A stretch of DNA of 21,508 nt, taken from assembly GCA_043767805.1 (NCBI GenBank), contig JAYUGC010000177.1, forward strand, positions 1 to 21,508, given 5' to 3'. Each line of letters starts with the position of its first letter. Positions within the stretch are counted from its first letter, which is position 1. Source of the stretch: Pseudomonadota bacterium (lineage in GTDB: Bacteria > Bdellovibrionota > FAC87 > UBA2466). The translations under genes were made by a program, and so were the position numbers. The notes beneath the pieces were generated by a model. It had not been told where the DNA came from and did no database searches. It saw only the letters and a program-made list of their open reading frames with translations. This document shows positions 1-7,064 of the stretch, piece after piece.

Positions 1-2
1 CT

Positions 3-566
3 TTCGCGGGAGGCATCGGATTCCTCCCCGACCTAGTGGACGGGACTTCGGCGGGAATAAACAAAAAGATTTTATCCCCCGCGGTGCTCGCCACGTTCCC
101 CTCGGTCTATGCGTTCTTTCCCGAAGCAGGCCAGAGCTTGGTAAGCGCCGAGGGCACGCCCATACGGGTCGATTTTTATTCCGCCGAGTCTTGGGAGAAC
201 AATCGCCTCGGCCTCTACGCCCAAAACGAGGCTCCGCCCGCGGGTTTCAAGGCCTTCCTTGGGGAGGCCTTAGCGCGAGCTAAACTATTTCGCGCGTCCC
301 TAAAGGCCACGAAGACGGCTTACCCTAAGATCCTCGTCGTCAACAGCCGTTCCATTCCCACTCTGAGCCGCGCGCAAGCCAAGGCCACCGAGCCTCTCGC
401 TTGGGATTTCGCGAGCCTTCCCAAAGAGGCGGGCGACGGCCGCGTCATTCAGGAGCACTCCCTGCCGCCCGCGCCCATTGCCTACGATATTTTCCTTTCG
501 GAGCGGGATCATGCCGATCTTCTAAACGACCCCAAGGTGATCGAGCGCCTCCGCAGTTTCCCCTAA
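3..566 (+). CDS. Alpha/beta-hydrolase, LCAT/lipase-like, C-terminal part (5' end outside window)
   Basis: Frame is open from base 3 (FAGGIGFLPDLVDG...). C-terminal GDGRV...S and DHADLL motifs match the catalytic Asp and His regions of LCAT/PGAP1-like hydrolases. The nucleophile Ser would lie upstream of the window. Confidence 0.6.
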   Translation, partial: FAGGIGFLPDLVDGTSAGINKKILSPAVLATFPSVYAFFPEAGQSLVSAEGTPIRVDFYSAESWENNRLGLYAQNEAPPAGFKAFLGEALARAKLFRASLKATKTAYPKILVVNSRSIPTLSRAQAKATEPLAWDFASLPKEAGDGRVIQEHSLPPAPIAYDIFLSERDHADLLNDPKVIERLRSFP

Positions 567-568
567 AA

Positions 569-583
569 TGCTATAGTTACCCC
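569..583 (+). promoter_or_regulatory. Extended -10 promoter (TGcTATAGT), probable leaderless transcript
   Basis: TG at 569-570 and TATAGT at 572-577, 6 nt before ATG 584, with no Shine-Dalgarno. Confidence 0.5.
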
Positions 584-1015
584 ATGTCGAAAAAGCAGAG
601 AGATCTTGCCCTGTGCGGAGCCGTGTTGTTCGCGGTCGGGATGGTCTTTGGGCTTTGGGCCGGGCTCGCTCTCGCCGGAAAGATCGCTTTGAAACTTCCG
701 CGGCTTGCCCTCGCCGTGCACTTGAACGGGCTCTTAGGCGGGCTCTGGCTGCTCGCCGTCGCCTTTACTTTTCCTTTTCTGCGGTACGGCGAAGCCCAAC
801 TCACTCGCCTCACCCGCTGGGTCGCTATCCCCGCCTGGGCGAACGTGGCCATCACCTTCTTGGCGGCGCTGGTCGGCCAAAATGGGCTTAGTTACACGGG
901 CGATCGCGCCAACGACGGCGTGGCCGTCCTGCTTCAGCTTTTCGTAGTGCTTCCGACTCTCGTGGGGTCGGCGTACTGGGTCAGAGGTTTTGCTTACAAG
1001 GGAGTGGCAAGTTGA
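584..1015 (+). CDS. Four-TM membrane protein, styrene-oxide-isomerase (StyC)-like
   Basis: 143 aa from ATG 584 with four hydrophobic segments. RLALAVHLNGLLGG resembles the His-containing motif of StyC-like membrane proteins. Stop overlaps the next start (TTGA). Confidence 0.5.
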   Translation: MSKKQRDLALCGAVLFAVGMVFGLWAGLALAGKIALKLPRLALAVHLNGLLGGLWLLAVAFTFPFLRYGEAQLTRLTRWVAIPAWANVAITFLAALVGQNGLSYTGDRANDGVAVLLQLFVVLPTLVGSAYWVRGFAYKGVAS

Positions 1016-1860
1016 GCTCGACGACGATGACGACGACTGCGTTTGCTTCGGTTCCCGCACCAGTAGATTCCTGGGCGGAAGAGACGGAACGTTACCTGGC
1101 TGTATCAAACAAGCTTTTTACCGACGATATCGACTGGGAGCTCGCGCGCCGGCACGGCCTGACGGAACAGGAAGTCTTCATCCTAACCTATTTTTCCGAC
1201 ATCGAAGGCCAGACCATCATGTACATGAAGGATCTGCTCAACACCGAGGCCTCCAAGGAAGCCGACGTGGTCGCGTTCCTCACCATGTGGAACTACGAAG
1301 AGTTCTTTCACGGCAAAGTCCTGGCTCGCCTTCTCAAAGAATGTGGCCACTCGCTCGAAGAGGCTCGTCTGGTCGAGGTGAGAAAGCAGGCGAGCTTTTC
1401 CGAAAAGCTCGAGTCCATCGCGGCAACCATCCTCTCGAAAATCTTTTGGAGGGAGTTCCCGGCGGTTCACGCCGCGTGGGGGGCCGTGCAGGAAATCACC
1501 ACGCTTCACGGGTACGAGGAGCTGCAAGAGAGCACCACCAATCCCGTGCTGAAAATCCTTTGCGAGCGCATCGCCAAACAAGAGCGGCGGCATTTCGCTT
1601 GGTACTACAACAAAGCCAAGGAACGGCTCCAAAAGTCGACGAGAGCGCAGAAGCTCACGCGCTTTCTGCTCAGCCGCTTCTGGTCGCCGGTCGGAGCCGG
1701 AGTAAAGACCGATAAGGAAGTCGCCGCGCTGATTGGCTCGTTGTTTCCAGGCGAGTCGGCCCTGCGGATGGCGGGCAATGTCGACGGTAAGATCGGTAAC
1801 TTGCCGGGCTTGAGCGGTATCGGCCTTATGGGGCCTTACACGAAGCGGGCATTTGGCTGA
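1012..1860 (+). CDS. Ferritin-like di-iron carboxylate protein (acyl-ACP desaturase-like)
   Basis: Four-helix-bundle ligand pattern DIEGQT ... EEFFH ... VQEITT ... QERRH with two ExxH motifs. GGAG lies shortly upstream of TTG 1012, and the start is coupled to the upstream stop. Confidence 0.75.
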   Translation: MSSTTMTTTAFASVPAPVDSWAEETERYLAVSNKLFTDDIDWELARRHGLTEQEVFILTYFSDIEGQTIMYMKDLLNTEASKEADVVAFLTMWNYEEFFHGKVLARLLKECGHSLEEARLVEVRKQASFSEKLESIAATILSKIFWREFPAVHAAWGAVQEITTLHGYEELQESTTNPVLKILCERIAKQERRHFAWYYNKAKERLQKSTRAQKLTRFLLSRFWSPVGAGVKTDKEVAALIGSLFPGESALRMAGNVDGKIGNLPGLSGIGLMGPYTKRAFG

Positions 1861-2416
1861 GCCCTTTGGCGGCAAGGCCCAAAATTCCCGCTTTGACGTC
1901 CTCGCTGGGCGGATTGCCCAGGAAGTTGGAGAGGATTAGATCCGCGAAGTCCCGCCCTTTAAAGGTCTCGGGCGGAAGCCCTTCCAAATTCATGACGAGA
2001 TGATCCGGGTGGAAATAGAAACGCACCACGGACCCCTTCTTCAAATCACGGCTTAGAGCCTTTAGCCGGTCGAGCCGTTCCTTGAAAACGTCACACCCCG
2101 TTTTGCAGTTCTTCTCGAAACCCTCGTCCCACGAATTGGCGATGTCATGCGCCGTCACGTTGCGCATGAAGTGAATGTCGAGCTCTTTGATATCCGGGGA
2201 ACCGAGAATCGCCCTATCGTTCTGACATGGAGCGCTAAGATAGAGCACCGCAACATACACCTTCACCTGAAACACGGTTTTTTTGCGAAGCCCCAGACCG
2301 TTCAAAACCAGCATTTTACCGTCGATAACCACCGAGTCCGGAGCCTTCAGTCCGGCTAGCTCGGCCGCGCGGGAGGAGAAGGAAAAAACCATCAAGACGA
2401 AAAGAAAATGGCGCAT
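1826..2416 (-). CDS. Chalcone-isomerase-fold (CHI-like) exported protein
   Basis: N-terminal signal peptide. LVLNGLGLRKKTVFQVKVYVAVLYL and FLGNPPSEDVKAGILG are typical of bacterial chalcone-isomerase-like proteins. Confidence 0.85.
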   Translation of the reverse strand: MRHFLFVLMVFSFSSRAAELAGLKAPDSVVIDGKMLVLNGLGLRKKTVFQVKVYVAVLYLSAPCQNDRAILGSPDIKELDIHFMRNVTAHDIANSWDEGFEKNCKTGCDVFKERLDRLKALSRDLKKGSVVRFYFHPDHLVMNLEGLPPETFKGRDFADLILSNFLGNPPSEDVKAGILGLAAKGLSQMPASCKAP

Positions 2417-2465
2417 GCCTTACCTTTATCGGTCCGTAATTAATAATGATTTAGCGGCTTTCAGC

Positions 2466-2494
2466 TTGTCGCCTCGGGGGCGGCCCAATATGAT
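2466..2494 (+). promoter_or_regulatory. Sigma70-type promoter for the reductase-AGPS operon
   Basis: TTGTCG (2466-2471), 17-bp spacer, TATGAT (2489-2494), 9 nt before TTG 2504. Confidence 0.55.
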
Positions 2495-2503
2495 TGAGGC
2501 TTC

Positions 2504-3757
2504 TTGGGGAAACTAGCAAACCAATTTTCGGCAAAGAGGGTGGGATTGGACTGCGACCAGATCTTTTTGACAGGTGCCACTGGGATCTTGGGAAGCCGTT
2601 TTTTGAAGCTTCTCCTTACCGAGACCAAACATTCGATCTTTTGTTTGGTGCGGGCGGACAACGCCGAAATGGGCGCGCAACGCCTGCTCGACGCGCTCGC
2701 CCACTACGGCTTGGACGATTCGCTAATCTCCGCGTTCTGCACGCGCGTGACGCCGGTTGCGGGAGATGCCGCGAAGCCGCACTTCGGCCTTTCTCTCCAC
2801 GAGTACGAACGAATTGCCGCCGAGACCGATAGAGTCGTGCATGTCGCGGCTTTGACCGATCTCTTTCTGCCCTACCGGCGCATCCACCCCGTGAACGTCG
2901 GCGGCACCATCCATATCATCGACTTCACGCTCGGGACCAAAGCAAAAACCCTCTGCCACGTTTCGACCCACACCGTGATGGGCGATCGCACTTTCGACAA
3001 GAGCCTCGTCTTCCGCGAAAGCGATCTGGATGTCGGACAAGGCTTTCATTTTCTCAGCTATCAAAAGACCAAGTTCGAGGCGGAGCAACTCGTGCGTGCG
3101 GCCGCCGAGCAAGGGCTCAACTGGACGATCGTCCGGCCCGGACAAATCTTCGGGGATTCCGAGGACGGGTCTTACCCCATGGGCCAGGACAGCAACGTCA
3201 CCGGCCTTTTCTACGATATTTTCAAGACGGTCTGCGAGACCGGACTCGCCTTTCGCGCCAACACCCACTTCGACGTGGTACCGGTCGATTACGTGAGCCG
3301 CGGCATCCTCGAGCTCGGGATCAGATCGCCTGCGATCGGCGAGACGTTTCATCTCGTCAACCCGGACGTCAAACGGTACACCGAGGTGGTGGAGCTTCTC
3401 ATCGCCCAGGGGTACCCCATCCGGCTCGTCTCCCAGGACGAGTACCGCGAGCGACTCATGTCGAAGACCGTGAATTGGGATTTCACCGACTATAAGAGCC
3501 CGACGACCTCGGCGTTTCGCTGGTGGTTCAAGCGCGGCATCAATTTCGAAGAGGGCGGCTTCACCTGCTCGGCTTTCACGCAGGAAAAGCTGGCCGCGCG
3601 CGGCGTGATCTGCCCTCCCATCGACGCCAAATTGATTGGCACTTATCTCAAAGCGGGAATTGCCTCGGGTTTTTTCAAGACCCCGCGCAAAGCCGAAGAC
3701 GCTTCGCTCTCGCCTGAGAATAGAGAACCGGATCCAGAAGTAGAGGTAAACGCATGA
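2504..3757 (+). CDS. Stand-alone thioester reductase / fatty acyl-CoA reductase-like extended SDR (NAD_binding_4)
   Basis: IFLTGATGILG Rossmann motif, CLVR, GDAAKPHFGL, VVHVAA, VNVGGT, HVST, YQKTK (YxxxK) and IVRPG: the motif order of NRPS terminal reductase/FAR domains. Confidence 0.85.
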   Translation: MGKLANQFSAKRVGLDCDQIFLTGATGILGSRFLKLLLTETKHSIFCLVRADNAEMGAQRLLDALAHYGLDDSLISAFCTRVTPVAGDAAKPHFGLSLHEYERIAAETDRVVHVAALTDLFLPYRRIHPVNVGGTIHIIDFTLGTKAKTLCHVSTHTVMGDRTFDKSLVFRESDLDVGQGFHFLSYQKTKFEAEQLVRAAAEQGLNWTIVRPGQIFGDSEDGSYPMGQDSNVTGLFYDIFKTVCETGLAFRANTHFDVVPVDYVSRGILELGIRSPAIGETFHLVNPDVKRYTEVVELLIAQGYPIRLVSQDEYRERLMSKTVNWDFTDYKSPTTSAFRWWFKRGINFEEGGFTCSAFTQEKLAARGVICPPIDAKLIGTYLKAGIASGFFKTPRKAEDASLSPENREPDPEVEVNA

Positions 3758-5475
3758 TGAAGTGGTGGGGCTGGGGCGATCCCAAGCTGACGTTCCCGAT
3801 GAAAGACAAGCCCGACCTCTGGCCCTGGATCCGAAAAACCCTGGGCATTCAAACGGAGCGGCAGACTCCGCCCGTCCATCGCGTGGCCATTCAGCTGCCC
3901 CCTCCTCGGTCGAGCTCCGCCTTCGTCACCGGGCTATCCGCGATTCTGAAGCCTGAGCAAATTACGACAGACGAGGAAGAGCGTCTCTTACACAGCTACG
4001 GCAAGAGCTACCCCGACCTCGTGCGTGTCCGCCGCGGGGAAGTCGAGCGAGCACCCGATATGGTTTGCCTGCCTGATAGTCACGAAGAAGTGCAGGCCTT
4101 GGTAAATCTAGCGCACACTCACGACGTCGTCGTCATTCCTTTTGGCGGCGGTACCAATATCGTCGGCGCGGTCAATCCATTGGGTGACCGCGGCCGCATG
4201 GTGGTGAGCCTCGACTTGCGCCACATGAATCGTTTGATCTCAGTCGACCCGAAGTCTCGCACGGCCGTGCTTCAAGGCGGAGCGCCCGGCCCGAAGCTCG
4301 AAGCCGACTTACAAGCCCAAGGCTTTTCCTTGGGTCATTATCCGGACTCTTTCGAGTACTCGACCTTGGGAGGCTGGCTTGCGACCCGTTCGGCCGGCAT
4401 GCAATCCGACGCTTACGGCAAGATCGAGGACATGTGCGTGGCTTTGAAGCTGGTCACGCCGTCGGGTACCATCGCCACGCGTCCGGTACCGCAATCTTCC
4501 GCGGGCCCGGATCTCAACCGCGTCGTCATGGGATCGGAAGGCACGCTCGGAGTCATCACCGAAGCGACCATGCGCATCCACCGCACGCCTCCCGTGAAAG
4601 ATTACCGCGGCTTTCTCTTTCCGAACTTCGAGCTGGGGATAGCTGCCATCGAGGAATGCTTGGAGCGCGGCTACACCCCAAGCATGATTCGCCTCCAAGA
4701 CGAAGGAGAGACCGAGCTTGCCTTCAACATGAAGTCCCCCAAAAAGGGGCTTGAGGCGTGGATTCAAAAGCCCATCAAGGCGTATTTAAAACGCGCGGGC
4801 TACCACCGGCCCTGCATCATGGTGATGGGCTTCGAAGGGGAGCCGGGACCGGTCGCGCACACCCGGCAAGGCGCGCTGAAGATTTTGAAAAAGTTCAAAG
4901 GCTTTTCCCTCGGTACCAGCGTGGGAAAAACCTGGTCGAAGGACAAGTTCAACATCCCTTACCTTCGCGACTTCATCATGGACTACGGTTGCATGGCGGA
5001 CGTGTCGGAAACTTCCGCCACGTGGTCGAAGCTCCTCCCGCTCTACCGCGGTGTCATCGCCACGGTGAAGGCGAAGTTCGCGACGGAAACCGGCGCGGGC
5101 TACGTGGGCTGCCACATCTCCCACACCTACAAGACGGGCGCCTGCCTTTATTTCACCTACGCGGCTCAGCAGATTCCCGGCAAAGAGCTCGAGCAGTACT
5201 ACCGCTATAAGAAATTCGTTACGGACACTATCATGGAGTTCGGCGGGACGGTGTCTCACCATCACGCCATCGGCTACGAGCACTTGCCGTGGATGAAGGA
5301 AGAGATTTCGCCTGCCGGCTTGCAAGTCTTGCGGGCCGTAAAGCAATCTCTCGATCCGAAAGGCATCTTCAATCCGGGTAAGCTCATTCCGCAGGAAGAC
5401 TTGAGTTCCGAGCTCTCGACGACAAAACCCTCGGAGCTTCGTCGCGAGGAGCCAGCTTTACAGCCGACTCTTTAA
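3754..5475 (+). CDS. FAD-linked oxidoreductase, alkyldihydroxyacetonephosphate synthase (AGPS/ADPS) homologue
   Basis: MKWWGWG N-terminus, PFGGGTNIVG, GHYPDSFEYSTLGGWLATRSAG, GSEGTLG, IRLQD, CHISHTYKTGACLYF, SHHHAIG and DPKGIFNPGK. ATGA overlap with the reductase stop. Confidence 0.88.
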   Translation: MMKWWGWGDPKLTFPMKDKPDLWPWIRKTLGIQTERQTPPVHRVAIQLPPPRSSSAFVTGLSAILKPEQITTDEEERLLHSYGKSYPDLVRVRRGEVERAPDMVCLPDSHEEVQALVNLAHTHDVVVIPFGGGTNIVGAVNPLGDRGRMVVSLDLRHMNRLISVDPKSRTAVLQGGAPGPKLEADLQAQGFSLGHYPDSFEYSTLGGWLATRSAGMQSDAYGKIEDMCVALKLVTPSGTIATRPVPQSSAGPDLNRVVMGSEGTLGVITEATMRIHRTPPVKDYRGFLFPNFELGIAAIEECLERGYTPSMIRLQDEGETELAFNMKSPKKGLEAWIQKPIKAYLKRAGYHRPCIMVMGFEGEPGPVAHTRQGALKILKKFKGFSLGTSVGKTWSKDKFNIPYLRDFIMDYGCMADVSETSATWSKLLPLYRGVIATVKAKFATETGAGYVGCHISHTYKTGACLYFTYAAQQIPGKELEQYYRYKKFVTDTIMEFGGTVSHHHAIGYEHLPWMKEEISPAGLQVLRAVKQSLDPKGIFNPGKLIPQEDLSSELSTTKPSELRREEPALQPTL

Positions 5476-6249
5476 AGGGTTCACGCCCCGGATTTGGTTG
5501 ATGAGCCGAAGCAGGCTCGAGACGAGGTTAGACGGCAAATGCCGCACGACCAGAACGAAAATGCGGTTCCAAAAGCCAGGCACCGCTAGTCTCCGGCCGG
5601 CCAGAGCGGCCCGGCACCCGATGACGGCCACCGCTTCGGAAGTCATCCCTGAGTCACCGCGTTTCGCGCGCATCCCGGCTCGTAAGCGGAACTCCGTCTG
5701 CGTAATTCCCGGACAAAGGGCGGTGACGCTTATCCCGTGCGGCGCGAGCTCGGACGCGAGAGACTGAGAGAAGGAAAGCTGAAACGCCTTCGTCGCCGCG
5801 TAAATCGACTGAAGCGGCACCGGAGAAAAAGAATAGACGGAAGCCACGTTCAAGATATGCCCTGAACGCCTGGCCAGCATCGCCGGCAAAAACAGCTTCG
5901 TGAGACGCATCAGCGCCAAGACCTGAAGCTCGACCATCGCTTCTTCCCGGGCGAGATCGGTCTCAGCGAACTCCCCGTGCACGCCGAAGCCCGCGTTATT
6001 GACTAGAACGGCCAAAGCCTCGCCGTTCAAAGCGGCGGCCAGTCGGCCCGGCGCCCCACTATCGGTGAGGTCTTCCGCCAGGACGAGGGCAGTGCGCCCA
6101 TGAGTGCCGCGCACGGTTTGCGCCACTTTTTCGAGGCGATCTCCGTCTCGCGCGACCAGAATCAAATCGTAACCAAGAGAAGCCAGCTCGAGCGCGATGG
6201 CTTGACCGATACCCGAGGAAGCCCCGGTAACGAGCGCTCTGCCGTTCAC
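5458..6249 (-). CDS. Classical short-chain dehydrogenase/reductase (likely NADP(H)-dependent)
   Basis: ALVTGASSGIG, LVAR (basic residue after beta-2), NNAG, YAATK and CPG motifs. GTGA overlap with the upstream acyltransferase stop. Confidence 0.9.
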   Translation of the reverse strand: MNGRALVTGASSGIGQAIALELASLGYDLILVARDGDRLEKVAQTVRGTHGRTALVLAEDLTDSGAPGRLAAALNGEALAVLVNNAGFGVHGEFAETDLAREEAMVELQVLALMRLTKLFLPAMLARRSGHILNVASVYSFSPVPLQSIYAATKAFQLSFSQSLASELAPHGISVTALCPGITQTEFRLRAGMRAKRGDSGMTSEAVAVIGCRAALAGRRLAVPGFWNRIFVLVVRHLPSNLVSSLLRLINQIRGVNPLKSRL

Positions 6250-7064
6250 GGAGAGAGGCCTTTGAAGTAATCGGACTCCATCCCCTGCAAAGTGTCGGCG
6301 ATTTGGGTGGCGAGCTCGAAGTATGCGGGCCGGCCCCTGAGCCCGGTCACGGGATGGATCACTTTCAACGAGACGCGGAAGCGAGAATGCTTAGGCGGAA
6401 AATCGGTATAAGTCTCTTGTTTATCTCCGCGAAGATAGACGCAAAGCACGCGGCAACCGGGAAGCGTCGAGAGCACTTTGCCGACGCCAAAGGTGATCTT
6501 CTCCCGATCGAAGCGGCCCGATCGGCTACGGCGCCCCTCGGGAAAAACACTCACCAACTCTCCCCGGGAAAGCAGATAGCGGCACATGCCGAGAACCGCG
6601 TCCTTGTGGGACTTGGAGCCGTCGCGATGAATGAAAATGCACTTGTTGAGAAAAGCGATAACCCGGTAGACGAACTTCTTCTTGAAGAAGTCCCCGGCCG
6701 GCAGATTCCAGGAAAAAGCGCGGAAGTTAGAAAAATACCAAAGGTTCGATCCGAAGGCCCAGATCATCAGCGCCGAGTCGATGAAAGTGAGATGGTTCGC
6801 GCAGATGAGCAGCGGTGTGCCTTCGCTCGTGACAGTGCGAAACTCTTTCCTCAGCCGCGAGAGGTCCTCGATTTGATACCCTCGGAAATACCGCATCAAA
6901 AAGACGAGAAAACCGGCGAAAGGCAGAAGAAAGATCCAACCCACGGTCCTCTGCACTTTCAGGGCGAAGATCGCGAGCCCCTCGGGCTCGGGCAAGACGG
7001 AAGCCGCGGGCGCGCCGAACTCGAAGTCACTGGAAGAAAGCGGTGAGTCTAGAAACGTTTCCAC
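6246..7064 (-). CDS. Lysophospholipid/glycerolipid acyltransferase (PlsC family)
   Basis: NHLTFID (HxxxxD), FIHR and FPEGRRS acyltransferase blocks, one N-terminal TM helix. GTG start overlaps the upstream TAG. Confidence 0.88.
   Translation of the reverse strand: METFLDSPLSSSDFEFGAPAASVLPEPEGLAIFALKVQRTVGWIFLLPFAGFLVFLMRYFRGYQIEDLSRLRKEFRTVTSEGTPLLICANHLTFIDSALMIWAFGSNLWYFSNFRAFSWNLPAGDFFKKKFVYRVIAFLNKCIFIHRDGSKSHKDAVLGMCRYLLSRGELVSVFPEGRRSRSGRFDREKITFGVGKVLSTLPGCRVLCVYLRGDKQETYTDFPPKHSRFRVSLKVIHPVTGLRGRPAYFELATQIADTLQGMESDYFKGLSP

Noticed and set aside
401..583. N-terminal extension of the 401..1015 ORF
   Set aside because: Overlaps the upstream hydrolase in another frame and looks non-coding. 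ATG 584 has a promoter directly upstream.
1021..1038. ACG trinucleotide run as a contingency repeat
   Set aside because: Short, imperfect and in frame (Thr codons), so length changes would not switch phase.
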